Shown here: piece by piece, positions 1-12,021 of the stretch
Layout of the letters: the number at the start of each line of letters is the position of its first letter
Position numbering within the stretch: the stretch's first letter is position 1
DNA from: the human T2T-CHM13v2.0 reference genome, Homo sapiens
NCBI RefSeq assembly: GCF_009914755.1
Contig: NC_060932.1
DNA length: 64,000 bases
Direction: 5' to 3' (one strand)
Made by a program: the position numbers and the translations under genes
The notes under the pieces: model-generated
Databases searched by the model: none
What the model was told of the DNA's origin: nothing
Seen by the model: only the letters and a program-made list of their open reading frames with translations

Positions 1-3000
1 GTAACCCCAGGCAGCAGAGCTCCAAAGAGACACCTTCCTTCTGCTTGAGGAAAGGAGAGGGAATAATAAAGAGGACATTGTCTTGCATCTCGGATACAAG
101 CTCAGCCACAATAGCAATAGGACAGGCATCAGGCAGAGTCCTGAGGCCCCCATTCCAAGCTCTAGCTCCAGGATGACATTTCTAGACATACCGTAGGCCA
201 GAAGGGAACCTGCTGCCTTGAGGGGAAAGACCCAGTCTTGGCAGGATTCATCACCTGCTGACTAAAGAACCCTTGGGCCCTGAAAAATCTGCAGTGGTAA
301 CCAGGCAGTACTTGCTGTTGGCCTTGGGTGAGACCCAGTGCTGTACTAGCTTCAAGTGTGACCAAGCATATTTCCAGGTGTGGTGGCTACAAGGATAGAC
401 TATTGCTTGAGAAAAGCAGAAAGAAGAATAAAGGAACTCTGTCTTGCAGCTTAGGTACCAGCTCAGCCACAGTGGGGTAGAGCATCATGTGGGCTCTCAG
501 GGGTCCCAGATTCCAGGCCTTGTCTCTTAGATGGCATTTCTGGACCTACCTTGCGCCAGAGAAAAGTCCAGTGCCCTGATGAAAAAGTCCCAGGCATGGC
601 AGCATTTACCAAATTGACTGAAGAGCCCTTGGGCCTTGAACGAATAACAGCAGGTAGCCAGACAGTACTTGCTGCATGCCTGGGGTGGTGGTGGCCATGG
701 GAAGAGACTCCTATGCTTGTGCAAAGGGAAGGGGAGAATGGGAAGAACTTTGTCTGGTGGCTTGGGTGCCAGCTCAGCCACAGTAGAATAGAGTACCAGG
801 TAGACTCCTAAGGTTTCCAGCTCCAGGCTCTGGCTCCTACATGGCATCTCTGAATGCCCCCAGGACCAGGGGGATCTTTCTACCCTGAAGGGAAGGATAC
901 AGCCTAGCTGGCTTTGCCACCTGCTGACTGTAGAGGCCTAGGACCTTGAGTGAACCCAAGTGGTAGCCAGGCAGTGGTTACCGTGGGCCATGGACGAGAC
1001 CCAGTGCTATGCTGGCTTTAGGTCTCACCCAGTGCAGTAACAGTGGTAGTAGCCACAGAGGAGCTTGTGCAACACCTCCTGCAGCTCTAGGCAGCTCAGT
1101 GGAGAGAGAAAGACTCCATTTGTTTAGGAGAAAGTGAGGGAAGAGAACAAGAGGCTCTGCCTGGCAATCCAGATAATTCTACCGGATCTTACCCAAGATC
1201 ACCAAGGCAGTATCTCTTTGAGTCTGCAAGAGCCCATAGTGTTACTGGGCTTGGAACGCCCCCTAATCCAGATACAGCTGCGGTGGGAAAAAAAATTAGA
1301 TCACAATACTCAAGTGCTTCTGAATAACTGAAAAGTCTTCCCAAGAAGCGTGAGTACAAACAAGCCCAGACTGCAAAGACTACAATAAATACCTAACTCT
1401 TCAATGTCCAGACACTGACAAACATCCACAAGCATCAAGACCACCCAGGAAAACATGACCTCATCAAATGAACTAAATGAGGCACCAGTGAAAAATCCCT
1501 GTTCCACAAAGACAGACATATTGCGACCTTTCAAAAAGAATTCAAAGTAGGTGTTTTGAGAAATCTCAAAGAAATTCAAGATAACACAGAGAAGACATAG
1601 AGAAGGAATTCAAAATCCTATCAGATAAATATAACAGAGACTAAAATAAGTAAAAGAAATGAAGCAGAAATTCTGGAGCTCAAAAATGCAACTGACATAC
1701 TGAAGACAGCAGAGCCATTTAACATCAGAACTGATCAAGCAGAATTAGTGAGCTTTGAAGACAGGCTATTTGAAAATACACAATCAGAGGAGACAAAGGA
1801 AAAAAGAATAAAAAACAATGAAGCACACCTACAAGATCTAGAAAACAGCCTCAAAAGAGCAAATCTGAGAGTTATTAGCCTTAGGGAGTAGGTAGAGAGA
1901 GAAATAGGCATAGAAAGTTTATTCAAAGGTTGTGCAGGATCTGCATTTTATGCCAAAGAAAAAAAAAGTTTATTCAAAGGGATAATAACATAGAACTTCC
2001 CAAACCCAGGGATAATAACATAGAACTTCCCAAACCCAAACTTAGAGAAAGATGTCAATATCCAAGTACAAGAAGGCTACAGAACACCCAGCAGAATTAA
2101 CCCAAAGAAGAACTACCTCAAAGCATTTAATAATCAAACTCCCGAAGGTCAAGGATAAGGAAAGGATCCCAAAAGTAGCAAGAGAAAACAAACGAATAAC
2201 ATACAATGGAGCTCCCATATGTCTGGCAGCAAACTTTTCAGTGGTTACCTTCCAGGCCAGGAGAGAGTGGCATGACACATTTAAAGTGCTGAAGGAAAAA
2301 AAATTTCTACCCTAGAATAGTATATCTAGCATAAATATCCTTCAAAGATGAAGAAGAAATAAAGACCTTCACAGGCAAACAAAGCTGAGGGATTTTATCA
2401 ACACCAGACCTGTCTTATAGGAAATGCTAAATGGAGTTCTTCAATCTGAAAGAAAAGGATGCTAATGAGCAATAAGAAATCATTTGAAGGTACAAAACTA
2501 ACTGGTAATAGTAAGCACACAGAAAACACAGACTATCATAGCACTGTAATTATGGTGTATAAACTACTAATATCTTATGTAGAAAGAATAAAAGATGATC
2601 CAGTCAAAAAAAATAATTACAATAACTTTTCAAGACATAGATAATACAACAAGATATGAATAGAAATGAAAAAGTTAAAAAGCAGGGAGACTGAATTAAA
2701 GGGTAGAGTTTTTATTAGTTTTCTTTTTGCTTGCTTGTTTGTTTATGCAATCAGTGTTAAGTTGTCATAAGTTCAAAATAATGGGTAATAAGATGTTATT
2801 TGCAAGCCTCATGGTAATCTCAAATCAAAAAACATACAATGGACACACAAAAAAACAAAAAGCAAGAAATTAAAACATACCACTAGAGAAAATCACCTTC
2901 ACTAAAAGGAAGACAGGAAGGAAGGAAAGAAGGAAGAGAAGACCACAAAGGAACCAGAAAACAATAAAATGGCAGGAGTGAGACCTTACTTGACAATAGT

Positions 3001-5549
3001 AACATTGAATGTAAAAGGACTAAAATCTCCAATCCAAAGACATACAGGGCTGAATGGATAAAAACAAGACACAACAATCTGTTGCCTACTAGAAACATAC
3101 TTCACTTATAAAGAAATACATAGACTGAAAATAAAAGGATTCAAAAAGATATTCCATGAAAATGGAAACCAGAAAAGAGCAGGAATAGATATACTTATAT
3201 CAGCCAAAATAGATTTGAAGACAAAAACTATAAAAAGAGACAAAAAAGCTCATTATATAATGATAAAGAGGTCAATTCAGCAAGAGGATATAATAATTTT
3301 AAATACATATCACCCAACACTGGAGCAACAGATATCTAAAGCAAACATTAGCACTAAAGAGAGATGGACTCCAATAGGATAACAGCTGGGGACATCTCAA
3401 CACTCCACTTTCAGCACTGAATGAATCATCCAAACAGAAATTCCACAAAGAAACGTTGGACTTAATCTGCATGATACAACAAATGGACCTAATAGATATT
3501 TACATAACATTTCCTTAAAACATTCAAAAATGTAAAGTATAATAATATAAAGTATCTTCTCAGACCATAGTGGAATACAACTAGAAATTAATAACAGGAG
3601 GAATTTTTGAAACTATACAAACACATGGAAATTAACAATATGCTCCTGAATGACAACTGAGTCAATGAAGAAATTAAGATGAAAACTGGAACTTTTTTTG
3701 AAACACATGATAATGGAAGCTCAATATACCAAAACCTATGGAATACAGCAAAAGCAGTACTAAGAGGAAAGTTTATAGCTATATACTATTATCAAAAAAG
3801 TAGAAAAACTTCAAATAAACTAATGATTTACTTTAAAGAACTAGAAAAGCAAAGGCAAACCAACTGCAAATTAGTAGAAGAAAAGAAATAATAAAGATCA
3901 GAGCAGAGATCAATGGAATTGAAACGAGGAAAACAATAAACAAGATCAATGAAACAAAACGTTGGTTTTTGAAAAGATAAAATTGACAAACCTTTAGCCA
4001 GACTGAGGAAAAAAGAGAGAAGACCCACATAAATAAAATCAAAGACAAAAAAGGAGACATTATAACTAATACTGCAGAAATTCAAAGCATCATTAGTGGC
4101 TACTATGAGCAACTATATGCCAATAAATTGAAAAATCTAGAAGAAATGAATAAATTCCTAGACACATACAACCTACCAGAATTTAACCATGAAGAAATCC
4201 AAAAACTGAGCAGATCAATAACAAGTAATGAGATCAAAGCCATAATAAAAAAATCTTCCAGCAAAGAAAAGCCTGGGACCCAATGACTTCACTGCTGAGT
4301 TCTGCCAAACATTTAGAGAAGAACTAATACCAATCCTACTCAAACTATTCTGAAAAACAGAAGAGGAGGGAATATTTGCAAACTCACTCTATGAGGCCAG
4401 TATTACCCGGTTACCAAAACCAGGTAGACACATCAAAATAAATAAATACATAAAAATAAAAAATTAACTGCAGGCCAATATCACTGATGAATACTGATGC
4501 AAAAATCCTCAACAGAATACTAGCAAAGTGCATTCAAAAACACATTAAAAAGATCATTCATCATGACTAAGAGGGATTTATCTCAGATGCAAGAATGATT
4601 CATCATATGCAAAACAATGTGATACATCATATCAACAGAATGAAGGACAAACACCATATGATCTTTTTAATTGATGCTGAAAAAGCATTTGATGAAATTC
4701 AACATCCCTTGATGATAAAAACCCTAAAAAAACTGGGTATAAAACTCAACATAATAAAATCTATATACAATAGATCCACAGCTAGTAAGTATCATACTGA
4801 ATGAGGAAAAATTTAAAGCCTTTCCTCTCATACCTGGGACATGACAAAGATGCCCACTTTCACCACTGTTATTCACCATAGTACCAGAAGTTCTAGCTAG
4901 AGCAATCAGACAAGAGAAAGAAATAAAGGGCATCCAAATCGGAAACGAAGAAGTCAAATTATCCTTTTCAGATGATGTGATCTTATCTTTGGAAAAACCT
5001 AAAGACTCCACCAAAAAACTATTAGATCTGATAAACAAATTCAGTAAAGTTGCAGATACAAAATCAACACATAAAAATCAGTAGCAGTTCTATTGCCGAC
5101 AGTGAACAATCTGAAAAAGAAATCAAGGAAGTAATTCCATTTACAATACCTAGAAATAAAATTAATTACCCAGAAATTAACCAAAGAAGTGAAAGATCTC
5201 TACAGTGAAAACTATACGAAATTAATGAGGACACAAAAAAATGGAAAGGTATTCCATGTTCACAGATTGGAAGTATCCATATTGTTAAACCGTCCATATT
5301 TCCCAAAGCAATCTACAGATTAAATGCAATCTCTATCAAAATACCTATGACATTCTTCACATAAATAGAAAAAAAAATCCTAAAATTTATATAGAACCAC
5401 AAAAGACTCAGAATAGCCAAAGCTATCCTGGGTAAAAAGAACAAAACTGGACGAATCACATTACCAGGCTTCAAATTATACTACAGAGCTATAGCGACCA
5501 AAATGACATGGTATTGGCATAAAAACAGACATAAAGACCAGTGGAAGAG

Positions 5550-6139
<590 letters not shown>

Positions 6140-6507
6140 CTATCTCTCACCATACACACAAATCAAATCAAAACGGATTAAAGACTTAAATCTAAGATCT
6201 GAAACTATGAAACTACTAAAAGAAAACATTGAGGAAGCTCTCCAGGACATTGGGCTGGGCAAAAGAGTTGCTGAGTAATACCCTGAAAGCACAGGCATCC
6301 AAAGCAAATATGGATAAATGTGACCACATCAAGATAAAAAGCTTCTGCACCGCAAAGGAAACAATCAACAAAGAGACAATCCACAGAATGGGAATAAAAT
6401 ATTTGCAAACTATCCATCTGACAAGGGATTAATAACCAGTATATATAAGGAGCATGAACAACTTAATAGGAAAAATTATAATAATCTGAGTTTAAAAAGG
6501 ACAAAAG

Positions 6508-6843
6508 GGCCAGGCACCATGGTTCCCACCTGTAATCCCAGCACTTTGGGAGGCCAAGGCAGGAGGATCACTTGAGGCCAGGAGTTCAAGACCAGCCTGG
6601 GCAACATGGGCAGGCTGTTTTTTTGTAGAAACCCCATCTCTACAAAAAAAAAAAAAAGAAAAAAAAATTAAAAGAAAATTTAGCTAGGTGTGGTGGTGCA
6701 CACCTCTAGTCCCAGCTACTCAGGAGGCTGAAGTGGGGGGATTACTTGAGCCCAGGAGTTCGAAGCTTCAGTGAGCTAGATCAAACCACTGCATTCCAGC
6801 CTGGATGACAGAGCAAGAACCTATCTCTCAAAAAAAAAAAAAA
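6508..6843 (+). mobile_element. AluJ-like element inserted in L1
   Basis: ggccaggcaccatggttcccacctgtaatcccagcactttgggagg... with A tail. Imperfect TSD tttaaaaaggacaaaag / tttaaaatgggcaaaag. Confidence 0.9.
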
Positions 6844-7903
6844 TTTAAAATGGGCAAAAGATGTGAATAGACATTTACCAAAAGAAGGCATACAAATGAC
6901 AAATAAGTATATGAAAAGGTGCTCAACATCACTCATCATCAGAGAAATGCAAATCAAAACTACAATGAGATATCATTTCATCATAATTAAAATGGCCTAT
7001 ATCCAAAAGACAGGCAATAACAAATGCTGATGAGGATGTGGAGAAAAGAGAACCCTTGTACACTGTTGGTGGGAATGTAAATTAGTACAGCCACTACGGA
7101 GAATAGTTTGGATATTCCTCAAAAAGCTAAAAATAGAGCTACCACATGATCCAGCAATGCCACTGATAGGTATATACCCCAAAGAAAGGAAATCAGTATA
7201 TCCTAAGATATACTTGCACTCCCATGTTTATTGCAGCACTGTTCACAACAGCCAAGATTTGGAAACAACCTAAGTGTCCATCAATAGACAAATAAAGAAA
7301 ATGTGGTTTATGTACACAACGTAGTAGCATTCAGCCATAAAAATGAATGAGATCCTGTTATTTTCAACAAAATGGATGCAACTGATGTCACTACTTTAAG
7401 TGAAATAGGCCAGGTACAGAATGACAAACTCTGCATGTTCTCACTTATTTGTGGGAGCTAAAAATTAAAACAACGGAACTAACAGAGAATAGAATGATGG
7501 TTACAAGGCTGGGCAGGGTAGTGGGGAATTAAGGGGCAGAGTGGGGATGGTTAATAGGTACAAAAGTATAGACAGAATTAGATCTAGTATTTGACAGCAC
7601 GAGAGTGACTAGTCAACGATAATTCATTGAACATTTTAAAATAACTAAGTATAATTAGATTGTTTGTAGCACAAAGAAAGGATAAATATTTGAGGTGATG
7701 GATACTCCATGTACCCTGATGTGATTATTACTTATTGTATGCCTGTATCAAAATCTCATGTACCCCATAAATATATATACCATGTACTCACAAAAAATAA
7801 AAATTAAAAATTAAAAGAATTATCTGGATTGGACTGGCATAGCTTTCAGGAATTTATATGTTTATTTTTAATTTTTTTGGTTACATAGTAGGTGTATATA
7901 TTT

Positions 7904-8007
7904 AAAAATACGGAACGCTTCACGAATTTGCGTGTTATCCTTGGGAAGGGGCCATGCTAATCTTTATATTATTCTAATTTTAGTATATGTGCTGCAGAAT
8001 TAAGCAC
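7904..8007 (-). pseudogene. U6 snRNA retropseudogene (full length, diverged)
   Basis: Reverse complement reads gtgcttaattctgcagcacatatactaaaattagaa...gattagcatggccccttcccaaggataacacgcaaattcgtgaagcgttccgtattttt, clearly U6. The ACAGAGA box is destroyed, and the upstream flank is Alu sequence rather than a PSE/TATA promoter. Confidence 0.95.
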
Positions 8008-8029
8008 TGCTTTTAGGAATGTAGGTACT

Positions 8030-8491
<462 letters not shown>

Positions 8492-9039
8492 AGGAATTTA
8501 GGTACTTTAAAATGCTGTTATGTATGTTAACGGAAAAGTAACTACATGCTTCATTTTCAGAACCAACATTCAAATGAAATGAACGTGTCAAATCGACAAA
8601 AGCTCAAAAAAGAGAAAAACATATAATACTTAAAAGTGGTTAATATACTCTTAGATTGCATAACTCTGGGGCAGTCTGAGTCCTATGATTTTCTTTTAAG
8701 ACCCCAAGACTCTAAAATACCTGCTCATCACAAGTTTGTTCAGTGACAACATTCAGTAAAACTTAACATTTGTTTTACAAAATTATGTTGAAAGATATAA
8801 ACATAAACGTATATTTGAAGCACAAAAATAATTACGGCTTTTTTTGGAAGCGGAGTTAGACATTTCCGTAGAAAAGTAGATGCAATCAATCTCTCCTGAT
8901 TTTTGTCCTCCCCACCTTTAATTTTTGACAAACCGAATAACGACACTCACTATTGAGTACTTTTCTAACTCCCTATTGCATCACAAACGCCCGCAGGGGC
9001 TTAAAAAGCAGCAGGGGTTCCTGCCCTTCCCCACACTGG

Positions 9040-9224
9040 CCGGTGTGGTCTGGGGCGGGCCTGATGAGCACCTGGATTTTCACCCGGCGTGCTGGTAATT
9101 CCTACACTTGTGGGTGTTTGAGAGACATGAAGAGGGGAGGATGACCTCTTCCCGGAAGCGGGACTTCCATAAAAGAAGCGTGGTGGGCGGGTCCCGGGCA
9201 CCTGTGGTTTGGTGAGTCCTCCAG
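9040..9224 (+). other. OSGIN2: Putative alternative non-coding first exon (exon 1a) of OSGIN2
   Basis: Two consensus donors, TG|gtgagt (9211/9212) and CAG|gtaact (9224/9225), at the 5' edge of the island. Splicing to exon 2 would use ATG 16838. The start coordinate is inferred, not seen. Confidence 0.6.
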
Positions 9225-9976
9225 GTAACTGTGATGCGGGGGTCAGCGGGAGAGGCACCCGGAAGCTCCCGGCGTCTGCACCCCGGCAGCGCGAGGAAAT
9301 GCCCAAAGGTGGGTTCTCAGGCGTGGGAAGCTCGACCCTTCCCGGGGTCCTCGGCGAAGTGGCCGAGGCCGCGCCTTACGCAGGGAACTCCGCCGGGCCA
9401 TCTGGGTGGCCCGAGTTCGCAGCAGCTTCTCTTCCGCTCGTCCCTCGGCCCTCTCGACGCGCACCCACCGGCCTCACCAAGTCGCACGCAGAGGGGCGGC
9501 GGGGCGCTGACCGAGGTCTAGGTCTCGATTGCCGCCGGTCGAGCCGCGCAGTTTGCCTGCAGACCTCGGTCCCCTGCCCGCGCAGCCTCGGCTCCATCAG
9601 GCCCGGCCCCTCGCCCGGGCCGTGGCTCCACCAATCGCAGACTTCGCCCGCCGCAGCCGCACCTGCGAGGAGGGGCCCGCGCGCCGCTGCAGCCGCCGTC
9701 GCAGCGTCCCCGCCCCGCTCCGCCCCTATCGCGGCGCCCCGAGATCACCCGCCTCCGGCGCCTGGCTCCCTGCAGGCGAGGAGCGGAAGCCGCTATCTGG
9801 AGGCGGACTCCGGCGCCACAGAGCCGGGGCAGCCGCGGCAACGGCGAGGCGCGAGGCAGGGGCGCCCGGCAGACCCCGCGACCCCGAGCCAGCGGGCGCC
9901 CCGAGCGGGCAGCCTCGCCGGGGGAGGCGGAGGCGGCCACGGCGGCCGCGCTCGGGCGCCCCTCGCGCAGCGCTCC

Positions 9977-10020
9977 ATGCCCGTGTGGTGCTGCCGCTGC
10001 TCCCTGGCCGGTCATTTCAG
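9977..10020 (+). CDS. OSGIN2: OSGIN2 coding exon 1 (long isoform): MPVWCCRCSLAGHF(R)
   Basis: ATG 9977, donor CAG|gtgact at 10020/10021, 44 nt, phase 2, joins exon 2 in frame. Confidence 0.9.
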
Positions 10021-11786
10021 GTGACTTCCTCGCCGGGGATGGGAGGGGAGCAGGCGGGGATGCCGCGCTCTCGAGCTTTTTGGCCTGGCCCGGGCCGGGA
10101 CCGGGGTGGAGGGCGAGCGCCTGGACCGCAGCGTCCTCCCGCCTCGGCCGTCCTGCCTGGCGTGGGGGTGGGGTGGGGTGCGGTGTGGTGGGGTCCTTGC
10201 TCCGGGGAGCCCTGCGCTGTTCCCTTTTCTCGCTCTGGACCGCGCGGGTCACGGGACTGCGGGATCGGCTAGGCCGGACTGAGTCGGTTACGGCGAGCTG
10301 AGACTTCCCAGTAGTGCAAAGTTTTAGTGAAGGGGGTTCTACGAAGTGCCTGCCTCCCTAAAAAAAAATTATTTCTTAAAAAGTCTTCTAAATAATGTAA
10401 TGAGTGGAAGGAAGGTAGGGAACTACATTTCAGTGTCATCTAATCACAAATAGATTCTGCCTTGTTAAGATGTTAGCCATGGTAAGACGTGTGTGTTGTA
10501 GAAATTTAAAGAATGAGGCGGTTTTACAATCACCTTATGGGGAAAGGTTTTAGGGGTGATAAAATATAATACATTTCTAAAATAAAAGTATGTTTTCTAG
10601 ATCTAGCACATTTGGTCAACACCTCAGTCATTGGTGGAAAGACCAGACACTAGAAACTGATTTTAACCCTGGGGTGAAGAATGGTTAAGCATAGGGAATA
10701 CTTTAGTACCTTGCTTTACATATACTGATGTTCCAGAATAATTCTATGTAAGACTTCTTCCCTGGTAAAATATGAAATTTTGATCAAGCCTTCCTAAATA
10801 GTGGGTTTCATACAATTTAGGTAACCCATGAACTTGGATGGAAAGAAAGGTATATCATTTCACTAAATTTTAAAAACTAATATTCAGTTAAAATATAAGC
10901 AACAAATCACAGTAGTATCTGTGACTGTCATCAGTAGAGATCATAAAATATGTTTATATCACATTGCAGTTAATATAGAAATACTGTTTATACTTATTCA
11001 AAATTATAGTAACACATCACTGAATTTATTGAATGCAACAGAGAAGCACATATATATATCGCGTTTACTTTTTATGACTGTTTTAATAGAATTAGTTTTC
11101 TTGTAAATCCTGTGTATATTTAAGAACAGTATTCAGAGAAGAGGTTAAGAAGCGTCATCCTATAGTAAAAGAGATGTAAGGCATAGAGAAAGTTTGGAAC
11201 TTCTTTTGTAACAGCGATAATCCAAGCTTGTCTAACCTCTCAGTGAGTTTAGAATGAGTCTCTAGGTTGTGGATATTAAGGAAAAATTGTTTCATATAAT
11301 AAACTGCTTGATTTTAACTTTTAGGCAAATTTGTTGACTACTGAGACAGCGGTTTGAAGGTATCAGATTCACTATGGAAACTTTTAGGAAATAGGTTCCC
11401 CTAGTGAAACTTGTTAAACTAAATAAAGCCCATGAGAATCTAACATGCCTTTCAGAAAATATTGTGTGAAAGCTATTTGACACCTTTTGATGCACAGTGT
11501 AGGATTCATATTCTTTTGACTAATACTGGGTGTTGAATACCATTTGCTTCCTGCCGTGCACAGAAATTTGGAGTAGGGAGTGAAAACAAAGTATTTGCTA
11601 TGTTTTGGTCTGGAGGGACAGAAAGAAAAACAAGCTAGCTGCCAAAGATAAACATTATGATTAATAAACCACACTTTTTATTGCAAAAACAGTTCTGTTG
11701 TGTCTAAAGTATTTTTTTTTTTAGTTGTTTACCAGCTCCTTCAGGAATATGTTTCTGATTTACCAGTGCTATTTCTCGAGCAGTTT

Positions 11787-12021
11787 CAGGTCAGTTCAGG
11801 TCATCCTGGCCAACATGGTGAAACCCCGTCTCTACTAAAAACTCAAAAATTAGCCGGGCAGGGTGGTGTGCACCTGTAATCCCAGCTACTCGGGAGGTTG
11901 AGGCAGGAGAATAGCTTGAACCCAGGAGACACGTTGCAGTGACCTGAGATCGCACCACTGCATTCCAGCTGGGCGACAGAGTGAGACTGTCTCAAAAAAA
12001 CAAAAAACACACAAAAAAACA
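11787..12021 (+). mobile_element. 5'-truncated AluS
   Basis: cctggccaacatggtgaaaccccgtctctactaaaa...gagactgtctc followed by an A/C-rich tail. Confidence 0.88.

Larger units (their letters stand above)
8985..10300. promoter_or_regulatory. OSGIN2: CpG island promoter of OSGIN2
   Basis: Abrupt switch to very high GC and CpG density. GC box ggggcggg ~9052-9059, TTCCCGGAA 9149-9157, CCAAT 9631-9635. Contains the first coding exon. Confidence 0.95.

Noticed and set aside
7904-8007. Functional U6 snRNA gene
   Set aside because: ACAGAGA box lost, multiple substitutions, no external Pol III promoter, and flanked by TSDs.
9518-10272. Long ORFs 9518-10252(-) and 9529-10272(+)
   Set aside because: Low-complexity A/P/R/G translations expected from stop-poor CpG-island DNA; no recognisable domain.
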